Positions 36,573-50,678 of a stretch of 64,000 nt of DNA are shown here, in pieces. This DNA is from Mobula hypostoma (lineage: Eukaryota): contig NC_086101.1 of the NCBI RefSeq assembly GCF_963921235.1, positions 12,400,001 to 12,464,000 of the forward strand, read 5' to 3'. The notes under the pieces are model-generated. The model was not told where the DNA came from, did not search any database, and saw nothing but the letters and a program-made list of their open reading frames with translations. The position numbers and the translations under genes are program-made. Position 1 is the stretch's first letter; each line of letters opens with the position of its first letter.

Positions 36573-37508
36573 TAAAGCCCACCCCGTCCCCAGTGTGTGG
36601 ATGATTGATTGATTGGTGTAAGTGTGTGTTTGTTGGTTAGTGCAGAATAATGGGGATTGGTTTATACAAAATGATGCCATGACTTTACTGTCCTTTCATA
36701 CCCACTAACAGGTCGAAATCTTTATCTTCCCACCAAGCAGTTAAACAAGGCTCTAGCTAGAGTTGACTACTGACCTCCAATTCATTCTGGGAGGCTGAAT
36801 ATTGAAATTTGGGACTGTTCCTCACAAAAAAAAATTGGTAAATTATCACAAACACATCTACTATATAGTCAGCCATTTCTGTCGGTTCCCTGGAATGCTT
36901 TCCTTCAGGGTCCGGGGACTTGCCTACTGTTTGCTCGGCTTACCCATCTGCTCATCACCAAATGGGTGACAGTGATTGCCTGGGGTTCCCACCTTGCATT
37001 GCATCCATAACATCTCTCCTTGACCTGTTAGATGTGTCCTCGACGCAAAGTCAGAATCAGGTTTAAGATCACAGGCTGTTGTCTTTGAGGCAAGAGTGCA
37101 ATGCAATACATGATAATAGAGAAAGAATTAATTACAGTAAGAATGTATATTTGCATATTAAATAGTTAAATTAAGATAAGCAGTGTAAAAACAGAAATAA
37201 AAAAAGTGAGGTAGTGTTCATGGCTTCAATGTGCATTTAGAAATGGATGGCAGAGGAGAAGAAGCAGTTCCTGAATTTGTGAGTGTGAGCCTTCAGGCTT
37301 CTGTACCTCCTTCCTGATGGTAGAAATGAGAAGAGGGCATCCATGGCACCTCTCTTTGGTAGGTTAGATCCCAACACAAAGTCAGAATAATGTTTAATAT
37401 CAAAGGCATATGTTGTAAAAAGCATGGATTTGCAGCAGCAGTGTTGCAATTCGTAACAAAAGATCTATAAATGATAATAAGAAATGTATACACATACACA
37501 CACACAGA

Positions 37509-38644
37509 CAGTTGCAAGGAAAAGATTGTGAATCCTCTGCAATTACTTGGTTTTCTGCATTAATTACTCATAAAATGTGGTCTGATCTTCATCTAAGTCA
37601 TAATAATAGACAGAATCTGCCTAAACTAATAACACACAAACAATTGTACTTTTTATGTCTTTATTGAACACACTGTTCAATCATTCTCAATCCAGGCTGG
37701 AAAATGTATGTGATCCTTTGTATTTAATAACAGGTAGAACTTCTTTTACTAGCAATAACTTCCACCAAATGTTTCTTGTAGCTACTGATCAGACTTGTAC
37801 AATGAAGAGGAGGAATTTTAGACCATTTCCTCTGTACAAAAATGTTTCGGTTCATCAGTATTTCTGGGATACCTTGCAGGAACAGCCCTCTTCAGGTTCT
37901 ACCTCAGCATGGCAATTGGGTCAAGGTCTGGACTCTGACTTCATCATTGGAAAACACAATTTCTTTTCTTCTTTTTAAACATTCTGTTGTTCCTTTACTC
38001 TGGGATTTCTGATCATTGTCTTGTTGCATCATTCAACTCCTATTAAGCTTCAGGTGAAGGACTGCTACCCTGTAAAATGTCTTGATACAGTTTTGAATTC
38101 ATTCTTCCTCAATGATTACAAGCTGTCCAGGACCTGAGGCAGCAAAGCAGCCCCAGACCACGGGGCTCCTCCCATCAGGCTTCACAGCTGGGATGAGGTT
38201 TTGGTGTCGGTGTGCGGTGCCCTTTTCCAGCTTCATGCATCTCTGGAATTTTTCTTTTAAGGATCTCTGAAATTTGTTTTGATTTCGGCATGGTGCACAT
38301 AAACAGATCTTTCTTGAGAAGAGCAGGCTCTTGTGTCTTTTTTTATGGGGCAGGGCACCTCTACAACACACACCTCCCATCTCATTGATTGGAACAACTG
38401 ACTCCAAACAGCTTTTGTAGAAGGCATTACCCCAGAGGCGCACATACTTTTCTCAACCTAGACTGTGATTGTTTAAATGGTGTATTCAGTGTTGATGTGA
38501 AGAATTACAATATGTGTTATTAGTTTAGGTAGATTGTACTTGTCTATTATTGTGACTTGGGTGAAGATCAGACCACATTTTATGAGTAATTAATACCAAA
38601 AAACAGGTAATTGCAAAGGGTTCACAAACGTTTTCTTGCAACTG
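37509..38644 (-). mobile_element. Tc1-like DNA transposon, internally deleted
   Basis: ~200-bp TIRs starting CAGTTGCAAG and ending CTTGCAACTG-TA. Transposase remnant PAVK..GRSPVVWGCFAASGPGQLVII. Confidence 0.88.
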
Positions 38645-38673
38645 TATATACATTGAACTCATCATTGCCATGT

Positions 38674-38964
38674 AGTGTACCGTGCAAAAGTCCAAGGCAC
38701 ACATATAATAGCTTTGCTGCCTTAGACATTTGCACAGTATTGTAAATGGCCCCGAGGTTCACTCTCTGATGAGCTCAAAGCCTTTTATGCTTGCTGTTAG
38801 GGAGTATTCTGGACTTGTGTAAATACAGCCGATGTTAATTCAAACAAGAACCAGTCTTCAGTGCTTAGTGTAAATTGTAATTTGCAAGTAGTAAGTTGAA
38901 GTTACAGTACTGTTCAAAAGATTTGGGCACCCTATATGTGCCTAGGTTTTTTGCACAGTACTGG
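38674..38964. mobile_element. Two miniature palindromic Tc1-type MITEs (~38674-38745 and ~38903-38964)
   Basis: CAGTACTGT(G/T)CAAAAG...TTTGCACAGTA(C/T)TG ends. Confidence 0.55.
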
Positions 38965-39454
38965 ATATAATTAAATTAGTCGTGTAAAAAGTGAGTAAAA
39001 ATAAAGAAATAAATACTGAGGAAGTGTTCGTGGTTAGTTGTCCATTCAGAAATCTGATGGCAGTGGAGAAGCAGCTGTTCCTAAAATGTTGAGTGTGTAT
39101 CGTCAGGCCCCTGTACCTCCAGCTTGATGGTAGTGATGAGAAGGAGGGCGTGTTCTGGGTGATGTCCTTAATGATGGATACCATCTCTTTGAGGCATTTC
39201 CTGTTGAAGATGTACTTTGTAGGTGTTAAATTAGTTATTTAAAGCCTTGGCCATTTCTGTATTAACCAATATTATTTCCCTCATCTTATTATCAAGGGCA
39301 TATATTCACTTTAACCATTCTGATTGCATACACAATCTTCCCTTTCTTTCTTGTTTGCTCAGTGGTTAACTGTTACTTTTTAAACATTTTCCCATTTTCT
39401 CAGTCTCCCAGTATTCCTGGACTCTACCTCAACCCGCCCTGTTACTTGTTAAAA

Positions 39455-40532
39455 CACCATCCTCTTCTCTCAATTCCTTCATCTCCACCAGAGGCTTTTC
39501 ATTCTCGAAAGGGGCTTCCCTTCCTCCACAATCAACGCTGCCTTCAACTGCATCTGACACACTCGTCTGCTCTTACTCCAGCCTCTTGCCACCCTACCAG
39601 GGGTAGGGTTCTTCTTGTCCTCACCTACCACCCCACCAGCCACCTTGTCCAGCACATAATTCTCCGAAACTACTGCAACCTCCAGCGGGATCCCACCACC
39701 AAGCACCTCTTCCCTCCCACCCTCCTTCCACTTCCTGCTTTCCACAGGGATCACTCCCTACATGACTCCCCTGTCCATTCATCCCTCCCCACTGATCTCC
39801 CTACTGGCACATCCTTGCAAGCAGAACAAGTGCTTCACCTGCACCTACATCTCCTCCCTCACTACCATTCAGGCCCTAAACAGTCAGTTGGGTTCATATA
39901 CCGCGTCCAGAGCTCCTGGTGTGGCTTCTTGAATGTCGGTGAGATCTGACGTAGAGTGGGAGTCTGCTTCACCAAGCACCTATGCCCCGTCCACCAGAAA
40001 AAGTGGGATTTCCCAGTGGCCACCTATTTTAATTCCATTTCCCATTCCTATTCCGATACATCTATCCTCTACCATCGTGATGAGGCCACACTTAGGTTGG
40101 AGGAACAACACCTTATAATCTGTCTGGGTAGCCTCCAACCTGAAGGCATGAACATCAATTTCTCAAACTTCCGGTAATGCCCCCCACCACCCTCTCCTTC
40201 ACCGCTCCCCATCCCCTTTTCCCTCTCTCACCTTACCTCCTTATCTGACCATCACCTGCCTCCGGTGCTATCCTCTCTGTCCTTTCTTCTGTGGCCTTCT
40301 GTCTCTTTCACCAATCAACTTCGCAGCTCTTTACTTCATCCCTCCCCCTCCAGGTCTCGCTCATCACCTGGTGTTTCTCTCTCCCCTCCACTCCCCCACC
40401 TTTTAAGTCCACTCTTCTGCTTTTTTCTCCAGTCCTGCCAGAGGGTTTCGGCCCAAAACATCAACTGTACTCTTTTCCATAGGTGCTACTCTGGCCTGCT
40501 GAGATCCTCCAGCACTTTGTGTGTGTGTTGCT
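39455..40532 (+). mobile_element. Penelope-like element (GIY-YIG remnant and 3' repeat)
   Basis: Degenerate VG.IY...CS.CG...VGE..R...F..HL and LRLEEQHLI..LGSLQPEGMNINFSNF, typical of the Penelope C-terminus. Confidence 0.8.
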
Positions 40533-41151
40533 CACACTATTCCTGGTGACTTTTCATGAGGATTTAGTTTAATATCTGCCGTAATTTCCCCAGTATTCCA
40601 AGGCTGGCTCTCCCCCACCCTCACTATCTTTGTTTTCAACTGGAAGTACTTCTGATGAACAATGTGAAAACTCTCTTTGAATATCTTCCAGTGTTTCCAC
40701 TGTCCTGTCAAGTGGTCTGTGTTCCCAGTTGAAGTGAGCTAACTCCTCCCGTGTACTGTTGCAGTCTCTCTCATTCTGGTGCAACAGACTGGCTTCACAT
40801 CGAACCATTTCGCCCTCCACTTGTCTGATCACTCAATGATCACTCTTTCCAAGTGGATTCTTAACTAAAGCTTTGTTAGTTTGACTTGTCTCATTGCACA
40901 GGACCAGATTTAAGATGTCACATCCTGCTGTTCAATAATGTTATCACAGATGCATTCTATAAAACCCTCTTCAAGACTGCTTCGATGAATTTGATTTGTC
41001 TAACTTGCGTGCATGTTAAGGTCTCCCATGACAACTACTGCCCCATTATTACATTCAGCAAATATTTCCTTGTTTATTACTGTGTCACCACATTGGTGTT
41101 CAATTGACAATCCCACCGGCCAGTATCCCTAACCCTAATGTCATTATTTAG

Positions 41152-42827
41152 AAACATAGAAACCCTACAGCACAATACAGGCCCTGCGGCCCACAAAGCT
41201 GTGCCGAACATGTCCCTACCTTAGAACTACTCAGACTTTACCCATAGCCCTCTACTTTCCTGAGCTCCATGTAGCCATCCAGGAGTCTCCTGAAAGACCC
41301 TATCATTCCCACCTCCACCAGCGCTGCCAGCAGCCCATTCCACGCAGTCACCACTCTCTGCATAAAAAAAACTTACCCACTGACATCTCCTCTGTACCTA
41401 CTTCCAAGCACCTTAAAACTATGCCCTCTCATGCTAGCCATTTCAGCCCTGGGGAAAAGCCTCCAACAATCCACATGATCAATGCCTCTCATCATCTTAA
41501 TAACCTCTATCATGTCACCTCTCATCCTCCATTGCTCCAAGGAGAAAAGGCCGAGTTCACTCAACCTGTTCTCATAAGGCATGCTCCCCAATCCTGGCAA
41601 CATCCTTGTAAATCTCCTCTGCACCCTTTCTATGGCTTCCACATCCTACCTGTAGTGAGGCGACCAGAATTGAGCACAGTACTCCAAGTGGGGTCTGACC
41701 AGGGTCCTATATAGCTGCAGCATTACCTCTGGCTCTTAAACTCAATCCCATGATTGATGAAGGCCAATGCACCGTATGCCTTCTTAACCACAGGGTCAAC
41801 CTGCATAGCAGCTTTGAGTCTCCTATGGACTCAGACCCCAAGATCCCTCTGATCCTCCACACTGCCAAGAATCTTATCATTAATGCTATATTCTGCCATC
41901 ATATTTGACCTACCAAAATGAACCACCTCACACTTATTTGGGTTGAAATCCATCTGCCACTTCTCAGCCCAATTTTGCATCCTATCAACGTCCCTGCACA
42001 CAATCCACATCACCCCTAACCTTTGTGTCATCAGCAAATTTACTAACCCATCCCTCCACTTCCTCATCCAGGTCATTTATAAGAATCACAAAGACTAGGA
42101 GTCCCAGAACAGATCCCTGAGGCACACCACTGGTCACTGATCTCCATGCAGAATATGACCCATCTACAACCACTCTTTGCCTTCTGTGGGCAAGCCAGTT
42201 CTGGATCCACAAAGCAATGTCCCCTTGGATCCCATACCTCCTTACTTTCTCAATAAGCCTTGCATGGGGCATCTTATCAAATGCCTTGCTGAAATCCATA
42301 TCCACTACATCTATAGCTCTACCTTCATCAATATGTTTAGTCACATCGTCAAAAATTCAATCAGGCTCAGAAGGCATGACCTGCCTTTGACAGAGTCATG
42401 CTGACTATTCCTAATCATATTATGCCTCTCCAAATGTTCATAAATCCTGCCTCTCAGGATCTTCTCCATCAAATTACCGACCACTGAAGTAAGACTCACT
42501 GACCTATAATTTCCTGGGCTATCTCTACTCCCTTTCTTGAATAAGGGAACAACATCCGCAGCCCTCCAATCCTCCGGAACCTCTCCCGTCCCCATTGATG
42601 ATGCGAAGATCATTGCCAGAGGCTCAGCAATCTCCTCCCTTGCTTCCCACAGTAGCCTGGGTATTCCATCTAGTTTCGGTGACTTATTCAACTTGCTTTC
42701 CAAAAGCTCCAGCACATCCTCTTCCTCAATATCTACATTCTCAAGCTTTTCAGTCCACTGCAAGTCATCCCTGCAATCGCCAAGATCCTTTTCCGCAGTG
42801 AATACTGAAAAGAAAGTATTTATTAAG
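41152..42827 (-). mobile_element. CR1 LINE, 5'-truncated
   Basis: [26 protein letters not shown] and CR1 tail; multiple frameshifts. Confidence 0.9.
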
Positions 42828-45800
42828 TAGAAACATAGAAAACCTACAGCACAACACAGGCCCTTCAGCCCACAAAGTTGTGCCGAACATGTCCCTACCT
42901 TAGAAATTACTGGACTTCCCCATAGCCCTCTATTTTTCTAAGCTCCATGTACCTATCCAAAAGTCTCTTAAAAGACCCTATCGTATCCACCTCCACCACC
43001 GTTGCCAGTAGCCCATTCCACGCATTCACCACTCTCTGAGTAAAAAACCTACCCCTGACATCACCTCAGTACCTACTCCCCAGCACCTTAAACCCGTGTC
43101 CTCTAGTGCCAACCATTTCAGCCCTGGGGAAAAGCCTCTGACTATCCACACGATCAATGCCTCTCATCATCTTATACACCTCTATCTGGTCACGTCTCGC
43201 CTTCCATCGCTCCAAGGCGAAAAGGCCGAGTTCACTCAACCTGTTTTCCTAAGACATGCTCCCCAATCCAGGCAACCTCCTTGTAAATCTCCTCTGCACC
43301 CTTTCTATGGCTTCCACATCCTACCTGTAGTGAGGCGACCAGAACTGAGCACAGTACTCCAAGTGGGGTCTGACCAGGGTCATACATAGCTGCAACATTA
43401 CCTCTCGGCTCCTAAATTCAATTCCATGATTAATGAAGGCCCATACGCCGTACGCCTTCTTAACCACAGAGTCAACCTGCGTAGCTGCTTTGAGTGTCCT
43501 ATGGACTCGGACCCCAAGATCCCTCTGATCCTCCACACTACCAAGAGTCTTACCATTAATACTATATTCTGCCATCATATTTGACCTACCAAAATGAAAC
43601 ACTTCACACTTACCTGGTTGAACTCCATCTGCCACTTGGCAGGTCAGTTTTGTATCCTATCAATGTCCCGTTGTAACCTCTGACAGCCCTCCACACTATC
43701 CACAACACCCTCAACCTTTGTGTCATCAGCAAACTTACTAACCCATCTCTCCACTTCCTCATCCAGGTCATTTATAAAAATCATGAAGAGTAAGGGTCCC
43801 AGAACAGATCCCTGAGGCACACCACTGGTCACCGAACTCCATGCAGAATATGACCCATCTACAACCACTCTTTGACTTTTGTGGGCAAGCTAGTTCTGGA
43901 TCCAGAAAGCAATGTTCCCTTGGATCCCATGCCTCCTTACTTTCTCAATAAGCCTTGCATAGGGTACCTTATCAAATGCCTTTCAGAAATCCATAAACAC
44001 TACATCTACTGCTCTTCCTTCATCAATGTGTTTAGTCGCATCCTTAAAAAATTCAGTTTGGTTTGTAAGGCATGACCTGCCCTTGACAAAGCCATGCTGA
44101 CTATTCCTAATCATATTATACCTCTTCAAATGTTCATAAATCCTGCCTCTCAGGATCTTCTCCATCAACTTACCAACCACTGAAGTCAGACTCACTGGTC
44201 TATATTCCTGGGCTATCTTTACTCCCTTTCTTGAATAAGGGAACAACATCCACAAACCTCCAACCCTTTGGAACCTCTCCCGTTCCCATTGATGATTCAA
44301 AGATCATCGCCAGAGGCTCAGCAATCTTCTCCCTTGCCTCCCACAGTAGCCTGGGGTACATCTCATTCAGTCCCGCCAAGTTATCCAACTTGATACTTTC
44401 CAAAAGCTCCAGCACATCTTTTCTTAATATCTACATGCTCAAGCTTTTCAGTCTGCTGCAAGTCAGCACTACAATCACCAAGATCCTTTTCCATAGTGAA
44501 TACTGAAGTAAAGTATTCATTAAGTACCTCTGCTATTTCCTCCGGTTCCATACACACTTTCCCACTGTCAGACTTGATACGTCCTATTCTTTCACATCTT
44601 ATCCTCTTGCTCTTAACATACTTGAATGCCTTATGATTTTCCTTAAACCTGCCCGCCAGGGCTTTCTCATGCTCCCTTCTGGCTCTCCTAATTTCCTTTT
44701 TAAGCTCCTTCCTGTTAGCCTTATAATCTGCTAGATCCCTAACATTACCTAACTCTCTGAACCTTTTCTTTTCTTCTTGACTAGATTTATTACAGCCTTT
44801 GTACACTATGCTTCCTATACCCTACCATAACTTCCCTGTCTCATTGGAACGTACCTATGCAGAACTCCACACAAATATCCCCTGAACATTTGCCACATTT
44901 CTTCCGTATTTTTGCCTGAGAACATCTGTTCCCAATTTAAGCTTCCAATTTCTTGCCTGATAGCCTCATATTTCCCCTTACTCCAATTAACCGCTTTTCT
45001 AACTTGTCTGTTCCTATCTCTCTCCAATGCTATTGTAAAGGCGATAGAATTATGATCACTATCTCCAAAATGCTCTCCCACTGTGAGATCTGACACCTGA
45101 CCAGGTTCATTTCCCAATACAGATCAAGTACAGACTCTCCTCTCGTTGGCTTATCTACATATTGTGTCAAGCAACCTTCCTGAACACACCTCACAAACTC
45201 CACCCCATCTAAACCCCTCGCTCTAGGGAGATGCTAATCGATATTTGGGAAATTAAAATCTCCCATCACGACAACTCTGTTATTATTACATCTTTCCAGG
45301 ATCTGTTTCCCTATCTGCTCCTCGATATCCCTGTTACTATTGGGCGGCTTATAAAAAACACCCAGTAGAGTTATATTTACTGTTCCAAACCTCCACGCAC
45401 AGAGACTCCGTAGACAATCCCTCCATGACGTCCACCTTTTCTGCAGCCACAACACTATCTCTGATCAACAGTGCCATGCCCCCACCTCTTTTGCCTCCCT
45501 CCCTGTCCTTTCTGAAACATCTAAAACCCGGCACTTGAAGTAACCATTCCTGTCCCTGAGCCATCCAAGTCTCTGTAATGGCCACCATATCATATCTCCA
45601 AGTACTTATCCATGCTCTAAGCTCATCCACTTTGTTCACAACACTCCTTGCGTTAAAATAGACACATTTCAAACCAACAGTCTGAGCACGTGCCTTCTCT
45701 ATCACCTGCCTATCCTCCCTCACACATTATCTCCAAGCTTTCTCTATTTGTGAGCCAATGCCTCTTCCCCAGTCTGTTCAATTCAGTTCCCACCCCCCAA

Positions 45801-48310
45801 CAATTCTAGGTTAATTTCTGCCCAGTAGCCTTAGCAACCCTCCCTGCCAGGATATTGGTCCCCCTGGGATTCAAGTGCAACCCGTCCTTTTTGTACAGGT
45901 CACACCTGCCCCAAAAGAGGTCCCAATGATCCAGAAATCTGAATCCTTGCCCCCTGCTCCAATCTCTCAAACATGCATTTATCCTCCACCTCATTCTATT
46001 CCTATACTCACTGTCACATGGCACAGGCAGTAATCCCGAGATTACTACCTTTGCGGTCCTGCTTCTTAACTTCCTTCCTAACTCCCCAAAGTCTTTTTTC
46101 AGGATCTCTTACCTTTTCCTACCTATGTCATTGGTACCAATATATGCCACGACCTCTTGCTGTTCTCCTTCCCACTGCAGGATATTTTGGATGCAATCTG
46201 AAACACCTCCGACCCTGGCACCTGGGTGGCAAACTGTCATCTGTGTTTCTTTCCTGCGTCCACAGAATTGACTGTCTAATATACCTACGCTATTTCCTCC
46301 AGTTCCAAACACACTTTTCCACTGTCACACTTGATTGGTCCTATTCTCTCATGTCTATCCTCTCGCTCTTCACATACTTGTTGAATGCCTTGGGGTTTTC
46401 CTTAATACTGTCCGCCAATGCCTTCTCATGGCCCCTTCTGGCTCTCCTAATCTTATTCTTAAACTCCTTCCTGCTAACCTTATAATCTTCTAGATCTCTA
46501 TCATTACCTAGTCTTTTGAACCTTTCATAAGCTCTTTTCTTCTTGACTGGATTTACAACAGCCTTTGTACACCACGGATCTTGTATCCTACCATCCTTTG
46601 CATGTCTCATTGGAACGTACCTACTCAGAAACCCATGCAAATATCCCCTGAACATTTGCACATTTCTTCCGTTTCCCTGAGAACATCTGTTTCCAATTTC
46701 CTGCCTGATAGCCTCATATTTCCCCTTACTCCAATTAAACATTTCCCTGACTTGTCTTTCCTATCCGTCTCCAATGCTATGGTAAAGGAGATAGAATTGT
46801 GATTGCTATCTCCAAAATGCTCTCCCACTGAGAGACCTGACACCTGACCAGGTTCATTTCCCAATACCAGATGAAGTACAGTCTCTCCTCCTGTACTCTT
46901 GGAGGCTTATCTACATATTGTGTCAAGAAACCTTTCTGAACACACCTAACAAACTCCACCCCATCTAAACCCCTCACTCTAGGGAGATGCCAATCAATAT
47001 TTAGGAAATTAAAATCTCCCACCAGAACAACCCTGTTATTATTACTCCTTTCCAGAATCTGTCTCCCTATCTGCTCCTTGATGTCTCTGTTACTATTGGA
47101 TGGTTATAAAGAACACCTAGTTGAGTTATTGACCCCTTCCTGTTCCTAACTTCCACCCACAGAGACTCCGTAGACAATCGCACCATGACTTCCTCCTTTT
47201 CTGCAGCCGTGACACTATCTCTGATCAACAGTGCCAGGCCCCCACCTCTTTTGCCTCCCTCCCTGTCCTTTCTGAAACATCTAAAGCCTGGCACTTGAAG
47301 TAGCCATTCCTGCCCTTGCACCATCCAAGTCTCTGTAATGGCCACAACATCATAGCTCCAAGTGCTGATCCACACTCTAAGCTCGTCCTCTTTATTCATG
47401 ATACTCCTCGCATTAAAACAGACACATCTCAAGCCATTGGTTTGAGCACATCCGTTCTCTATCACCTGCCTATCCTCCCTTTCACACTGTCTCCAAGCTT
47501 TCTCTATTTGTAAGCCAACCTCCCTTTCCTCCATCACTTCAGTTCAGTACCAATATGTACCATGACCTCTGGCTGTTCTCCTTCCCACTTCAAGATATCA
47601 TGGATGCGATCAGAAACATCCCGGACCCTGGCACTTGGGAGGCAAACTACATCTGAGTTTCTTTCCTGCGTCCAAAGAATCGCCTATCTGACCCCCTAAC
47701 TATAGAGTCCCCTATTACTACTGCCGTCCTCTTCCTTTCCCTACACTTCTGAGCCACAGGGCCAGACTCTGTGCCAGAGGCACGATCACTGTTGCTTCCC
47801 CCAGGTAGGCCGTCCACCCCAACAGTACTCAAGCAGGAATACTTATTGTTAATGGGGACAGCCACTGGGGTACTCTCTAGTACCTGCTTCTTGCCCTTCC
47901 CTCTCCTGACTGTTACCCACTTCTTTGTCTCCTGTGGTCCCGAGGTGACTACCTGCCCATAGGCTCCTCTCTATCACCTCCTCATTCTCTGTGACCAGAT
48001 GAAGGTCATCTAGCTGCAGCTCGACGCACCTACTTTAGATGTGGTTGTCCGGGAGGCCAGGAGTCTCCAGGGCCTCCCACATCTGACACCGAGCACAGAA
48101 AACCGGCCTCACACACATACTCTCCATCTTTATTCTAAACAGATAACCTACCTTGTCTCGACCCTTTATCGTTGAAGCCCCGTTGAGCCAAAGCCTTCCT
48201 ACTCTGTCTCCCTCTACTCTGACGCACGCTCTGTAAATCTGCCTTCCTTTTAAACTCTTCCCACCGTTCTCACTGGCTGACCTCCACACGATTGCGCAGT
48301 CGAGCCCCAT
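42828..48310 (-). mobile_element. Rearranged full-length CR1 with a duplicated ORF1/endonuclease segment
   Basis: ORF2 at 42828-45800; ORF1 pieces at 45806-46280 and 47545-48120; a second APE segment at 46285-47540 (NARSI, ITETW, GDFNF). Confidence 0.88.
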
Positions 48311-49056
48311 TCAAACTGCTGAAGACATTTCTCCCTAGGCCTTCCGTCCTATGATACTCCCCCTTCTCCTGCCTTGTACCCCTTTTGCCAATCAAATTCC
48401 AAGCTCTTGGCTTCCCCCTCCTGTCTTCTCCTATCATTTCGGATCTCCCTCTCCCCCTCCCACTTTCAATCTCCCATTTACTATCTCTTTTTTCCATTAG
48501 ACCTGACAAAGGGTCCCGGCCCGAAATGTCAACTGTACCTCTTCCTATAGGTGCTGCCTGGCCTGCTGCGTTCCACCAGCATTTTGTGTGTGTTGCTTGA
48601 ATTTCCAGCATCTGCAGATTTTCTTATGTTTGCAAAAACATTTAATGTCATTTCGAACACAAAGTAATAGTTACTCCAGATGTGATGCAGCAGGAGCACC
48701 CATCTGCACAGAAGGTGGCTCTGGCAGGAAAGGACAAAGTAGAGTGTGAAGTAAGTTTATTATCAATGCCACCACCTACAACCCTGAGATCCCCTTTCTT
48801 GTGGGCATACTGACAATAAAACCACAGGGAAATCAATGAAAAGCCACATTAACCAGTGTAGAGACACAAAAATAAATGATAAAAACATGACATTGAAAGC
48901 GAATCGATAGGTTGTGGGAAGGTTTCTGTGATGGGACATGCGAAATTGGGTTTACGTGCCTGGTGGGTTAGGGGTAATAATAGTTCCTGATCCTGGTGCT
49001 GTGAGTCCTGATACTCCTGTACTTTCTTCCTGATCACAGCAGAGAGCACGACTTAC

Positions 49057-49177
49057 GAGTGGGCGTCCCCGAAACAGATCACTGAAACTTGACGAGTAAT
49101 GTGTTCGTACCACGGTAGAGGGTCCCGCTTCTGGACGGTGCACCACACGCGGGGGGCAGGGGGCTGGGAGGATGTCA
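49057..49177 (-). other. Candidate exon 2 (121 nt, apparently non-coding) of an unidentified minus-strand transcript
   Basis: Acceptor TGTTGTCTCTTAAG|TGAC; donor CTC|GTAAGT. CpG-rich sequence unique within the window. Confidence 0.45.
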
Positions 49178-49404
49178 CTTAAGAGACAACAGTCCTGTTG
49201 CTTTTTAAGAAATGTAATTGTAAACACCTCTTAACGCATTGTCTATGACCGTAAGAATCAAAATGCGTTGCACAGTTTATTCTTGTAAATATTTTTTAAT
49301 ATCAATAAAGTTTACCTTGGTTAAAATCATTCTGTTTCTTTGTTTTTTATATCGATTCTTACTTATTACTTTGATCTCAACCTTAATTATGAGCGCAAAC
49401 TCAC

Positions 49405-49900
49405 CTCCCTTACTCTTCGACATTCAGCGCAGGAGGCCAAATAGCCCCAGAATAACTCGCATAAATACCAGCAGCAGAATAACTCGCATTCCAACTCCAC
49501 GGAATCGACGAAGAAGCGAGAGAGAGAGAGAGGAGAGAGAGAGAGGAGAGAGAGGAGAGAGAGGAGAGAGAGGAGAGAGAGAGAGAGACCCCGATTCACG
49601 AACAAGATCGCTATCAACTGCCATTTTGAAACGCAGCCATCTTCGTATCAAACTCCAGAGAAAAAAATGTTATCCAATCAGTGAGAGCTATTCAGTCCCG
49701 CTGTCCTTAGAGCAGCCAACCACGGAGGGAGTGGTGTCAGAGCCATCACTGATTGGAGGAGAGTTGCCGTAAGAGCCAATCAAGAAAGAGAGAATTGATT
49801 GGGAGGAAGCAGAGTTTTGGACGTCGGTCTGTATCCTGGCCAATGACAGGTAAAGAAAAGAGAAGGGGCTGGATTACGGATGGCGAGAGGCGGAGTTTAG
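49405..49900 (-). promoter_or_regulatory. CCAAT/YY1-rich promoter and candidate first exon, divergent from HSP70-C
   Basis: Five CCAAT boxes (49674, 49752, 49776, 49798, 49840); YY1-type GCCATTTT (49620) and GCCATCTT (49636); GA-rich tract 49518-49588; donor GAG|GTGAGT at 49405/49404. Confidence 0.6.
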
Positions 49901-50505
49901 CCCAGTTAATCATCGCGAACACGAACTTTTTTTTAAGGTTAACATTATCCCCACACTATGCACGCAAGATTTGTTTAAGAACCGACCTGAAAAAGCCTAA
50001 CAGTACTACCAACCAAGATACAAGGTCGTTATGCTTATTTTGTTCAGTAAATTAGCAAATATGTTCGTTACGTACTGTGCGGATGCGTCAAAAGCTATTT
50101 TTAGAATAGTTAAAACCTTACAATAAAATAGAGCGGACAAACATGGCGCATTTCGGTCCAAAATTAGAAAAAATAACTTTTTACATCCTGTTTGTCTGGT
50201 CACAGGCACCGCAAAAGTCCATCTATCAAAATCACAAATCCTGAATTTCAGTCTTATAATTTTTATAAAGTGCTCTGTTTCCGGCTTCTCGCTTTTCTTG
50301 CTTCATCCCGTAAGGCACCAGTTACATTCGCTCCCTAGAAGTGGCATGAGAATTCTTCTTGTATGCAGGTAACTTTTGAATGAGGTGCAGTATTGCCAGC
50401 TCGAGGGCGGGGAAGGTGATTCACATGCTTTAAGAGGCGTATCTAAAGGATCATGAGTTTTCAGCCGGAAGCTCCCTGACTGCCCTGATCTTTCTCGCTG
50501 TTACC

Positions 50506-50678
50506 AGAATTTTCGCGAAGCCCCGGCAAGACTCGGACTAGCAGCGCTGTCATTGGCCGCCGCCTCGGAACCTTCTCCAACATCGGCGGTGAGTCACTCA
50601 CCGGCGTTTTCATTGGTTTACCGGGTCGTACCTCAAGAACAAAGCACCGCCCACACCGCTGCGCTGGGACTATATTAA
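50506..50678 (+). promoter_or_regulatory. HSP70-C promoter (HSEs, CCAAT, AP-1, GC box, TATA)
   Basis: aGAAt tTTCg cGAAg at 50506-50520; gGAAc cTTCt at 50567-50576; ATTGG at 50552 and 50612; TGAGTCA at 50590; TATATTAA at 50671-50678. Confidence 0.9.

Noticed and set aside
40569-40832. 87-aa minus-strand ORF as a downstream exon of the orphan promoter
   Set aside because: The peptide looks like a decayed CR1 ORF2 segment.
49239-49772. 177-aa RE/RG-rich ORF
   Set aside because: Produced by the GA microsatellite; non-ATG start; no recognisable domain.
49057-49900. Naming the divergent promoter as an MHC class III neighbour (e.g. DDX39B, LSM2, SNHG32)
   Set aside because: HSP70 clusters are MHC-linked in several vertebrates, but no coding exon or snoRNA in this window supports any gene name.
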